Positions 8,387-16,905 of a stretch of DNA of 64,000 bases are shown piece after piece. Under the pieces are notes generated by a model. The model was not told where the DNA came from. It saw only the letters and a program-made list of their open reading frames with translations, and ran no database searches. Within the stretch, counting starts at the first letter, position 1; each line of letters starts with the position of its first letter. Origin of the DNA: Victivallales bacterium (GTDB lineage Bacteria; Verrucomicrobiota; Lentisphaeria; Victivallales; UBA1829); contig JAEEQN010000011.1 of the NCBI GenBank assembly GCA_016285345.1, positions 7,448 through 71,447 of the forward strand, written 5' to 3'. Made by a program: the position numbers and the translations under genes.

Positions 8387-10333
8387 ATGAAAATCGGCGA
8401 TCTCAGCGGCACCATCGAACGCGCCAGACTCGCAGGGCGCATCGCCATCATTTCCCTTGTCCTGTCCTTTATCCTCGCGGTCGTCGTGATCGTGGCGGGC
8501 CCGGCGACGAAATGGGCCGGCATGGAGACATTCACGCTCGCGCTCTACCCCGTCACGCTGGCGTTCCTCTTCTCGGTCTGCGCCCTCGTGCATTCCGCGT
8601 TCCTGCGGAAGATGGCCGAGGAGGAACAGGAAAAGCTCATCCTCGAACAGCGCAAGTCGAACGTGAACTCCATCCTCGACGTCAGCGAAGACGTCCGGTT
8701 CACGGCCAAACGCACGCTCGAAAACTTCAACAAGTACATCCCGTCCGCCGTTTCGCTTCTCGTCTTCCTGCTCTCCGTTCCGGCGTTCTGGTATTTCTGG
8801 AAACACTCCACGCTCGGCGCGGCCGATCCCGCCACGCTCGTGCTGACGCCGAAAAACCCGATCAATCTGGCGTTCCTCGGCGCGATCTCGGCGCTCTTCG
8901 CCTACTTCACCGGCGTTTTTCTGGTCGGACAGTCCCGCATCCGCGAATTCCGCTACCTGCGCCCGGTCGGCAGCTGGCTGATCTGCTTCGCCATCGTGCT
9001 GTTCGTGAGCGCGGTCTCGGCCCTCTTCATCAATTACGGCAAGACCGGCTGGGCCGCGCCGCTGACCAAGGTCTTCTTCTGGATCCTCGCGGTCTTCTCC
9101 GCCGAACACCTCGTGAGCTTCATCATCGAGTTCTACCGCCCCCGTACGCTGGAGGAGGTCCGCCCGGTGTATGAAAGCCGTCTGCTCGCGATCTTCACCG
9201 AACCGGGCGGCGTGGTTCGCAACATCTCGGATTCGCTGGACTACCAGTTCGGGTTCCAGATTTCGCGGACCGGCATCTACCTGGTCCTGCGGAAGGCGAT
9301 CGTCCCGGCATTGATGGTCTGGGCCGCAGTGCTGTGGCTTTTCACCTGCATCGCCGAGGTCAATCCCGGCGAGATCGGCATCCGCGAGGTCTTCGGCGCG
9401 GTGAACCGCGAATCGCAGCCGCTCGATGCCGGAATCCACTTCAAATTGCCGTGGCCCTGCGAGAAGATCCTCCGCGTCCCCGTCAAGAACGTGCAGGAGG
9501 CCACCCTCGGGTCCGTCCTGAACGCCGGCCGCAACGCCAAGGTCATCCTCTGGACCGGCGACAATTACCAGCATGAAAACAAGTTCCTCGTGGCGGTGAA
9601 GCAGCAGGGCAAGACCGGCGCGCAGCTCGCGTCCATCCTTGAAGTCTCGCTCCCCGTCTTCTACACCGCCGACCCCGAACGCCCGTTCGACTACGCGTTC
9701 AATTTCGACAACGTGAAGGAAACGCTCCTCGCGGTCGGCCAGGCCGAGGCGACGCGCTACTTCGCCAGCACCGACTTCATCACCGACATCTCCTCCGGAC
9801 GCGAACAGGTCGCCGTGAACCTGTACGACCGCATCCAGAAGGCGTGCGACCGCATCGGGCTCGGCATCAGGCTCGTCGGCATCAACATGCACGACGCGCA
9901 TCCGCCCATCGGCAGCGACGAGCCGGGCGGCGCGGTCGACGTCGCCGGAGCGTTCCAGGACGTCGTGTGCGCCCAGGAGGACGCCGTGAAGATGATCTCG
10001 AGGGCCAACGAATACAGCATCACCACGGTCGAATCCGCCAAGGTCGAGTCCACGCGCATCCTCGGCTCCGCCGAAGCATACAAGTACGACACCGCCAGCG
10101 TCGCACTCGCGGACGCCTCCAGGTTCGAAAGCCAGCTCGAATCCTACCGCCACCTCCCCGGCATGTTCAAGCTCCGCACCTACCTGGACTTCCTCGAAAA
10201 CGACTGCAGCGACATCCGCAAATACATCATATCGAACGAGATCGACGTCCGCAACCTGGTCCTGAACCTCGAAGAGAAACCTTCCCTCGACCTGCTCAAC
10301 ACCGACATCAATCTCCTGACCAATCCGAAATAA
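8387..10333 (+). CDS. Polytopic membrane protein with a C-terminal SPFH/band-7 (HflK/C, prohibitin-like) domain
   Basis: 648 aa. About 7 N-terminal TM helices, then an SPFH-like region starting VNPGEIGIREVFGAV...LDAGIHFKLPWP and a long helical tail. Confidence 0.65.
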   Translation: MKIGDLSGTIERARLAGRIAIISLVLSFILAVVVIVAGPATKWAGMETFTLALYPVTLAFLFSVCALVHSAFLRKMAEEEQEKLILEQRKSNVNSILDVSEDVRFTAKRTLENFNKYIPSAVSLLVFLLSVPAFWYFWKHSTLGAADPATLVLTPKNPINLAFLGAISALFAYFTGVFLVGQSRIREFRYLRPVGSWLICFAIVLFVSAVSALFINYGKTGWAAPLTKVFFWILAVFSAEHLVSFIIEFYRPRTLEEVRPVYESRLLAIFTEPGGVVRNISDSLDYQFGFQISRTGIYLVLRKAIVPALMVWAAVLWLFTCIAEVNPGEIGIREVFGAVNRESQPLDAGIHFKLPWPCEKILRVPVKNVQEATLGSVLNAGRNAKVILWTGDNYQHENKFLVAVKQQGKTGAQLASILEVSLPVFYTADPERPFDYAFNFDNVKETLLAVGQAEATRYFASTDFITDISSGREQVAVNLYDRIQKACDRIGLGIRLVGINMHDAHPPIGSDEPGGAVDVAGAFQDVVCAQEDAVKMISRANEYSITTVESAKVESTRILGSAEAYKYDTASVALADASRFESQLESYRHLPGMFKLRTYLDFLENDCSDIRKYIISNEIDVRNLVLNLEEKPSLDLLNTDINLLTNPK

Positions 10334-10378
10334 TCCCAACCTCAAACAAACTCAGAGGGGACGTCCGGTCGACCGGGC

Positions 10379-12046
10379 ATGTCCTCCCACCCGTATTATA
10401 TTCCCGTGTTCAATCATCTCTCCAAACTCATCAGAAATCTGAAATCCGCCCTCTCCGGCGCACCGAAACAGCCGGAAGCCCCGGCGGCCGCAACAGTCCG
10501 CAAGCATGACAAGAAACGCCGCCGCCAGCGGCATCCCGAAGACGCCGCGTACATCCGGCGCGCCGACAGCCGCCCGGCACCCGTCCGCGAGGAAAAGAAG
10601 GACAATCCTCAGGCGAAACAGCAGTCCCGCAAGCAGAAACAGCCGAAGCAGGCGAAACAACCGCAGGACCAGCAGAAACAGCCCAGGCAACAAAAACAGC
10701 AGCAGCCCGCGCAGAAGCAGAAACAGCCCCGGCAGATTCCGCCGATGCCCGCCATCGTGCCGCCGCCGGAAGAACCCGGCAAGATGCGTTTCTGCGACCT
10801 CGAACTCTCGCAGGAAGTACTCGCCGCCGTCCAGGTCCTCGGATTCCTCTACTGCACCGAGATCCAGAAGCTCTGCCTGCCCTACGCGCTCGCCGGTCGT
10901 GACCTCGCCGCGAAGGCGCAGACCGGGACCGGCAAGACCGCCGCGTTCCTCTCCACGCTCATCACGCGGTTCCGCCGCCACCCGCTTGAGGGCGAACGCA
11001 AGAAGGGCGCGCCGCGCGCCCTGGTCCTCGCTCCGACCCGCGAACTCGCGATCCAGATCCACGACGACGCGGAGGCGCTCGCACGGTTCACCGACCTGAA
11101 CTGCCTCGTCATCTTCGGCGGCATGGACCACGAGAAACAGCGCCGCGAGCTCGACGCGCCCATCGACATCCTCGTCGGCACCCCGGGCCGCATCATCGAC
11201 TATTCCCAGAGCGGCGACCTGGACCTCTCCAAGGCCGAAGTCCTCGTGATCGACGAGGCGGACCGCATGCTCGACATGGGGTTCATCCCGGACGTCCGCC
11301 GCATCGTCTACCATCTGCCGCGCCCCGGCGTCCGCCAGACCATGCTCTTCAGCGCCACGCTCGAACCCGCCGTCCTGCGCCTGGTCGACTCCTGGATGAA
11401 GGATCCGGAATTCGTGGAGTCCGAGCCGCAGCACATCGTGACCGACCTCATCGACCAGCGGTTCTACGCCGTGCTGGACGAACAGAAGATGGCCGTGCTC
11501 CTGCACGTGATCCGCGAGGAGAAGCCCGAGCGCATGATCATCTTCGGCAACCGCAAGGACAAGAACATCTCCATCGCCGCCCGTCTCTTCGAATACGGCG
11601 AGGACGCCGAACTTCTCTCCGGTGACGTGGCGCAGGAAAAACGACTGAAGATCCTCGACCGGTTCCGCGAGGGCAAGACGCGCATCCTCGTCGCCACCGA
11701 CGTCGCCGCGCGCGGCATCCACGTGGACGGCATCAGCCACGTCGTGAACTACGACCTGCCCGAACAGGCCGACGACTACGTGCACCGCATCGGCCGCACC
11801 GGACGCGCAGGCGAGCACGGCACCAGCATCAGTTTCGCCGACGAGTTCGGCTCGTTCGTGCTGCCTCAGCTGGAACAGTACACCAAGTGCGAGATCAAGA
11901 CTGTCCAGCCTCCGCAGGAATGGCTGGAGCTCCCCGAAAAGACACGCGAACTCCCGCCCGAGGAACGTTCCCGCATGAACCGCCGCGGAGGCGGATCCGG
12001 CGGCGGACGGCCCCATCGCGGAAGCGGAAGAGGCAGACGCAGATGA
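10379..12046 (+). CDS. DEAD-box ATP-dependent RNA helicase with a Q/K-rich N-terminal extension
   Basis: Motifs AQTGTGKTAAF, LAPTRELAIQ, VIDEADRMLDMGF, SAT and HRIGRTGRAG. The exact start is uncertain. Confidence 0.9.
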   Translation: MSSHPYYIPVFNHLSKLIRNLKSALSGAPKQPEAPAAATVRKHDKKRRRQRHPEDAAYIRRADSRPAPVREEKKDNPQAKQQSRKQKQPKQAKQPQDQQKQPRQQKQQQPAQKQKQPRQIPPMPAIVPPPEEPGKMRFCDLELSQEVLAAVQVLGFLYCTEIQKLCLPYALAGRDLAAKAQTGTGKTAAFLSTLITRFRRHPLEGERKKGAPRALVLAPTRELAIQIHDDAEALARFTDLNCLVIFGGMDHEKQRRELDAPIDILVGTPGRIIDYSQSGDLDLSKAEVLVIDEADRMLDMGFIPDVRRIVYHLPRPGVRQTMLFSATLEPAVLRLVDSWMKDPEFVESEPQHIVTDLIDQRFYAVLDEQKMAVLLHVIREEKPERMIIFGNRKDKNISIAARLFEYGEDAELLSGDVAQEKRLKILDRFREGKTRILVATDVAARGIHVDGISHVVNYDLPEQADDYVHRIGRTGRAGEHGTSISFADEFGSFVLPQLEQYTKCEIKTVQPPQEWLELPEKTRELPPEERSRMNRRGGGSGGGRPHRGSGRGRRR

Positions 12047-12555
12047 GTACCGCCGCAAAGGACGCGCCAGCGGTTACGGTCATCCTCGACCGTCTCCGCA
12101 GCGCGCACAACACCGGCAACATCTTCCGTCTGGCCGAGGCGCTCGGTGCGAAAGAGGTGATCTGCTGCGGCTACACCCCCTGCCCGCCTCACCCCAAGCT
12201 CGCGAAGACCGCCATGGGCGCGGACACGATGGTCCCGAGCCGTTCCTTCCCGACCGCGCTCGACGCCATACGCGCGCTTCGCGAGGAAACGCCCGGCATC
12301 GAAATCCTCGCCGTCGAACCGCTCCCGGAGTCCGTCGACGCGTGGCAATACCCCTATCATTTTCCGGTCGCGCTGATCTTCGGCAACGAGGCGCTCGGGA
12401 TCTCGCCCGAGGCGCTGGAAGCCGCCGACGCGACGGTCGGCCTGCCCATGTTCGGCGAGAAAGCATCGATCAACGTGGGCAACTGCGCGGCGGTCGTCCT
12501 GTACGCCGCGGCCGCGAAATTCCTCGCGGATTCGCATAAGGAGATGACACCATGA
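12043..12555 (+). CDS. SpoU/TrmH-family RNA 2'-O-methyltransferase
   Basis: LDRLRSAHNTGNIFRLAEALG...LIFGNEALGIS...IPMFGEKASINVGNCAAVVLY. ATGA overlap with the helicase stop. Confidence 0.75.
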   Translation: MSTAAKDAPAVTVILDRLRSAHNTGNIFRLAEALGAKEVICCGYTPCPPHPKLAKTAMGADTMVPSRSFPTALDAIRALREETPGIEILAVEPLPESVDAWQYPYHFPVALIFGNEALGISPEALEAADATVGLPMFGEKASINVGNCAAVVLYAAAAKFLADSHKEMTP

Positions 12556-13343
12556 ACGTTCAACCCGGCAAAGACTGGAAGTTCTTCCTCTTCGGTCAGC
12601 ACACCGAGGCACTGCGCGACAACCTGAAACGCCGCGGCGTACGCCTCACGGACGACCCGGACAAGGCCGACCTCATCATCCCCTGCGGCGGCGACGGCAC
12701 GCTCTTCACCGCCGAACTCCGCTGGCCCGGCCGCCTGAAATACCCGGTGCGCGACTCCGCCACCGCCCCGCTCTGCCCGAAACACGGCCTCGACACCCAG
12801 CTCGACGCGTTCTTCGCGGGCAACCTGAAAACGACGCGCCTGCCGAAGCTCGTCGGTCGTGCGAACGGGCGCGAGCTCTTCGCCATCAACGACATCTTCC
12901 TGCACAACCGGATGCCCGTGACCGCGCTCCGCTACAGCGTCTCCATCGACGGCAAACTGTACGCCCGCGAGGTCGTCGGCGACGCCGTCGGCGCGGCCAC
13001 CATCCACGGATCGACCGCGTACTACCGCAGCATCACCCACAGCATCTTCCGCACCGGCATCGGGCTGGCTTTCAGCAACAGCACCGAGCTCGTCAACCAC
13101 CTGGTCCTGCCCGAAAACTCGCTCATCCGCATCGACATCCTCCGCGGACCCGCCGTCATGGTCGCCGACAACTCCGAGGAGACCGTGCTCGTCGAAGTCG
13201 GCGGATTCGCCGAACTCTCCATGTCCGACCGCTTCACCGACATCCTCGGCCTCGACCTCTTCATGTGCTCCGAATGCCGCCGTCTGCGCCACACGCTCCG
13301 CGATTCCACGCGCTTCATCGGCGGCGGCGAGGGAGGCCGCTGA
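12552..13343 (+). CDS. nadK: NAD(+) kinase
   Basis: DLIIPCGGDGTLF (GGDGT motif), INDIFL and STAYYRS. ATGA overlap with the upstream gene. Confidence 0.8.
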   Translation: MNVQPGKDWKFFLFGQHTEALRDNLKRRGVRLTDDPDKADLIIPCGGDGTLFTAELRWPGRLKYPVRDSATAPLCPKHGLDTQLDAFFAGNLKTTRLPKLVGRANGRELFAINDIFLHNRMPVTALRYSVSIDGKLYAREVVGDAVGAATIHGSTAYYRSITHSIFRTGIGLAFSNSTELVNHLVLPENSLIRIDILRGPAVMVADNSEETVLVEVGGFAELSMSDRFTDILGLDLFMCSECRRLRHTLRDSTRFIGGGEGGR

Positions 13344-13345
13344 CC

Positions 13346-13984
13346 ATGCGGATCCTCGTCACCGCGGGCCCCACGCGCGAAGCCGTCGACGCCGTCCGGT
13401 TCCTCTCCAACAAATCGACAGGCAGGATGGGCTACGCCCTCGCGAAGGCCGCCGTCGATGCCGGACACGACGTGATCCTGATCTCCGGGCCGGTCGCGCT
13501 CACGCCGCCGGACGGTCTGCTGGAATTCGTCCCGGTCGTCTCCGCCGCCGACATGGCGGAGGCGGTCAAATCCCGCGCCGCCGACTGCGGCATGGTCGTG
13601 ATGTGCGCCGCCGTGGCGGACTACACCCCGGCGCATCCGATCGACCGCAAACTGAAGAAGGCCGACGGCAGTCTCTTCCTCGAACTGAAGCGCACTGAGG
13701 ACATTCTGAAGACGCTCGGACAACAGAAAAAGCCCGGGCAGATATTAGTCGGATTCGCCGCCGAGACCGACGGCCTAGAACAGTACGCCCGCGAGAAACT
13801 CGCCGCGAAAAACCTCGACTGGATCGCCGCAAACGACGTATCGCGCCCGGACCGCGGATTCGCCGCCGGAACCAACGCCGTCACGCTCTTTGCCGCCGAC
13901 GGACGCAGGTTCGACCTCCCGCTCCAGAGCAAGGACGCCATCGCAAAAGAGATGCTGGCGATCCTGCTGCCCTCCCCCCGTTGA
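13346..13984 (+). CDS. coaB: Phosphopantothenate-cysteine ligase, stand-alone CoaB domain
   Basis: MRILVTAGPTREAVDAVRFLSNKSTGRMGYALA...CAAVADYTP...KLKK. GGGAGG SD lies 10 nt upstream. No CoaC flavoprotein half is attached. Confidence 0.85.
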   Translation: MRILVTAGPTREAVDAVRFLSNKSTGRMGYALAKAAVDAGHDVILISGPVALTPPDGLLEFVPVVSAADMAEAVKSRAADCGMVVMCAAVADYTPAHPIDRKLKKADGSLFLELKRTEDILKTLGQQKKPGQILVGFAAETDGLEQYAREKLAAKNLDWIAANDVSRPDRGFAAGTNAVTLFAADGRRFDLPLQSKDAIAKEMLAILLPSPR

Positions 13985-13995
13985 AAGTCCGCACG

Positions 13996-14631
13996 ATGGC
14001 AAATCCGGTGTTGAGCTTGCGGACGAAACTGCGCGCCTGGCGCGAGGACCGTCTCGACCGGAGGATCGGCGGCATCTCCCTCTCCGAAGTGCGCGAATCG
14101 CGTTTTCAGGACCTCGGCGCGTACCCGACCATGAGCGCGGAGTACGGCGCGATCGAAATGATGTTCCGCGAGTTCCCGCTGGACGCGAACGACGTTTTCG
14201 TGGACGTCGGGTGCGGATTCGGGCGCGTGATCAGCTGGCTCCTGCTCAAAAAGTCGCCGTGCAAGAAATATTACGGCGTCGAGCTTGACCCGGACGTCGC
14301 CGCGGTCGCGGCGAAACGCTTCGAAGGCTATCCGCAGGTGTCGATCCTGAACGGGAATATCCTCGACGTACTGCCGCACGACGGCACGGTCTTCTGGCTC
14401 TACAACCCGTTCGATGTCTGCGTGCTCGACGCGTTCCTCTCCAAGCTCGAATCCGGCCGCGAGACGAAAGCATACGTGATGTATTACTGCGACTACCGGG
14501 CGTTCGCGCTGGAGGGCCGCCGCAACTGGAACCGTCTGCTGAAAGACGCCTGGCGCTGTCCCCCGGAAAAGCCCCTGCCGTGGTCGATCTGGCTGTATCA
14601 GCCCGACTGGAACCGTTGCCTCACGCGCTGA
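13996..14631 (+). CDS. Class I SAM-dependent methyltransferase
   Basis: VFVDVGCGFGRV glycine-rich SAM motif followed by GVELD. An alternative TTG start at 13981 overlaps the coaB stop. Confidence 0.65.
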   Translation: MANPVLSLRTKLRAWREDRLDRRIGGISLSEVRESRFQDLGAYPTMSAEYGAIEMMFREFPLDANDVFVDVGCGFGRVISWLLLKKSPCKKYYGVELDPDVAAVAAKRFEGYPQVSILNGNILDVLPHDGTVFWLYNPFDVCVLDAFLSKLESGRETKAYVMYYCDYRAFALEGRRNWNRLLKDAWRCPPEKPLPWSIWLYQPDWNRCLTR

Positions 14632-14680
14632 CATACGGGAAAAACATCCCGGATGACCTTCTTCAGGCATAAAAAACAGC

Positions 14681-14709
14681 TTGACTTTTAAGATATTATG
14701 AAGTATATT
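14681..14709 (+). promoter_or_regulatory. Sigma70-like promoter (TTGACT-17-TATATT)
   Basis: Near-consensus hexamers 45 nt upstream of the 14754 start, at the boundary where base composition turns AT-rich. Confidence 0.55.
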
Positions 14710-14753
14710 TACCTCTGTTTCGTTCTTTATTCTCTTTCAACTCCCCTCTATGG

Positions 14754-16589
14754 ATGAAGACTATGTTTTTTTCCTTTTTCAAATTCGTTTTTTCGTCAAG
14801 ATTCTGGAAGATATTCATTCCTTTTTCCGCCGTATCTCTTATCTTTTTTTTCCTGGAATACGGAAGGTATTCCTCTTTTGATCCCGGATACAATCCAAAT
14901 TACCTTTTGATGTGTGCATTGTCCCTGATCGCCTGGTCTTTCTGCATTTCGGTTTCCATTCACATCATAGGATTCCGGAAAACTCTTCCGACCGCCGCCA
15001 TTGCATTGTTATTCATAGCAATGGATTACATCAATTACTCCGGATTCCGCAAACAGGATTATTATTGCACGGTTTATCACGCGATGTCTATAGCCGCCGT
15101 ATTCTCAATCCTGAATTTGTTTGCCTTTTATTCACAAAGCCGCATTGTTTCTTTTTTCAGGACATCGGTTTTTTTTCTGTTTGTTTTGTTTCCCCTTGCC
15201 ATAATCGGGAATAAACTCGTTTCGGGAAGCGGATTGAATGAAGATGCCATGATCGCGATCCAGCAAACAGATATCAGGGAAGCATACCATTACTTTTTCG
15301 GACTCAATAACGGTTTTCTTCTGTTGATCTGGCTCTTTGTGACCGTTTTTGCTGTCTGGCTGGTAAGCAGGTATTCTTTTTCCCGCTCCATGACCAGAAT
15401 AAAAAGACAAAAGATGTTATCAAAGACAGCCGCATTCTGCTGTATCATTGCGCTCCTGCCGGCCCTGATACTGGGATTTCTCGGAAATATGTACTCCTTT
15501 TTCCCTCCACATATGTTCAACACCCTGAGATACCCCCTGACTTATTCCCGTATTCTCAGGAGTTATGACAAATACAGAGACGAGCATTTGAAAGCTGTGC
15601 AGAGCCGTCTTGCCGGTGTTAACAACACGATGAATTGTTTTCCCGGGAAATATGTTGTCGTAATCGGAGAATCCCTGAATAAGAATTTTATGGGGTGCTA
15701 CGGGTATTCTAAAAATACTACTCCATTTCAATCCCGGATGAAAAGCAATGACAATTTCTTTCTCTTCCAAAACTGTTTTGCCTGCTATGTGCAGACACAG
15801 CGCGTTCTCCGCCTGCTCCTGACAGATTTGAATCAATACGACGGAAAGGGGTTTGAAATATCGGATGCCATTTCTTTTTTAGATATCGCGAACCTCTACG
15901 GCTATCATACGGAGTGGTTAAGCGGACAGGAAAAATTATCCAATTCAAACAGCGTTATTTCCGCACTGGCGGAATCCTCGGACCAGCTCTATTTTTCCAC
16001 AAGAGGAATGGCGTACCGAGACCTCGACCTGGTTAAGCATTTGGAGGAGAATAATATCCTCGGACAGGACCGTTCTCTCACTGTTCTTCATTTGAACGGA
16101 TGTCATTATCCCTATCATTTGTCTTTTCCCGCCGATACAGTTTTTGACGAACAGAATCTTTCCGTTTATGATAAATGTGTTTACTTCAACGACACCTTCT
16201 TATCCGAACTCTACAGTTTGGCAACGGCAAACAATGTCGATGTCCTGTTGTATGTGTCTGATCACTCCGATGCCGTATCGGCGGGAAAAGGACATGATTC
16301 TCGCAATTATTTACAGGAAATGGTCGAAATTCCTCTTTGGATCTGTATCTCGGACAAATACAGGGAGGAACATCCGGATATTGCGGACCGTCTCCGCAGA
16401 GCAACTGATCAGGTGTTCACAAACGATCTTGTTTTCGATTTGTTGCTTTATCTAATGGGAATTGACAATGAATTCGTTGACACAAGGTTTATTCCGGGAA
16501 GCGACGACTATATAATCAATGAAGAAACCGCAAGAACCTTATACGGGCAGCAACGCATTTATATAAACAAACAAAAAAGCAACAAGTAA
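14754..16589 (+). CDS. Sulfatase-superfamily phosphoethanolamine (or phosphoglycerol) transferase, EptA/MCR-like
   Basis: About 290-aa polytopic N-terminal domain plus a periplasmic sulfatase domain. Metal and nucleophile motifs are YVVVIGESLNKNFMGCYGY, HLNGCHYPY and LLYVSDHSDA. The gene is conspicuously AT-rich relative to its flanks. Confidence 0.78.
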   Translation: MKTMFFSFFKFVFSSRFWKIFIPFSAVSLIFFFLEYGRYSSFDPGYNPNYLLMCALSLIAWSFCISVSIHIIGFRKTLPTAAIALLFIAMDYINYSGFRKQDYYCTVYHAMSIAAVFSILNLFAFYSQSRIVSFFRTSVFFLFVLFPLAIIGNKLVSGSGLNEDAMIAIQQTDIREAYHYFFGLNNGFLLLIWLFVTVFAVWLVSRYSFSRSMTRIKRQKMLSKTAAFCCIIALLPALILGFLGNMYSFFPPHMFNTLRYPLTYSRILRSYDKYRDEHLKAVQSRLAGVNNTMNCFPGKYVVVIGESLNKNFMGCYGYSKNTTPFQSRMKSNDNFFLFQNCFACYVQTQRVLRLLLTDLNQYDGKGFEISDAISFLDIANLYGYHTEWLSGQEKLSNSNSVISALAESSDQLYFSTRGMAYRDLDLVKHLEENNILGQDRSLTVLHLNGCHYPYHLSFPADTVFDEQNLSVYDKCVYFNDTFLSELYSLATANNVDVLLYVSDHSDAVSAGKGHDSRNYLQEMVEIPLWICISDKYREEHPDIADRLRRATDQVFTNDLVFDLLLYLMGIDNEFVDTRFIPGSDDYIINEETARTLYGQQRIYINKQKSNK

Positions 16590-16595
16590 GCTCCT

Positions 16596-16804
16596 CAGGG
16601 CAAGCCCTGGACACACGAAGTGTGCCGAGTAGTGCGCGGCTACGCTCGCGCACACACATAGTGTGGTTGGGTGGGTGGTGCCGTGCTTCGCGACGGCACC
16701 AGGACAAGTCCTGGACTGTAGTAGTGCCGTGCTTCGCGACGGCACCAGGACAAGTCCTGGACTGTAGTAGTGCCGTGCTTCGCGACGGCACGGGGACAAG
16801 CCGT
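16596..16804. repeat. Tandem 46-bp repeat (2.7 good copies plus degenerate upstream copies), each unit with two palindromes
   Basis: Units start at 16677, 16723 and 16769. Each is GTGCCGT-gcttcgcg-ACGGCAC followed by CAGGACAAGTCCTG. Upstream degenerate versions are CAGGGCAAGCCCTG (16596-16609) and GTGCGCG-gctacgct-CGCGCAC (16631-16652). Confidence 0.9.
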
Positions 16805-16905
16805 TGATCCCACTTAATTCCAGTCTACCAGATAAAAGAAGGATTTCAAGAGGACAGGAAAAAAAAGCTCTCAAAAAAAATCAATGTGTTTCAGATCGGA
16901 TCAGC

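Noticed and set aside
8240-10345. 701-aa minus-strand ORF
   Set aside because: A shadow frame opposite the SPFH-domain gene. Its composition is dominated by G/A/R/D/E/V, and it has no start context or motifs.
16622-16874. Short ORFs across the 46-bp repeat region
   Set aside because: They are generated by the repeat itself (repetitive peptide, no start context) and lie between two convergent genes.
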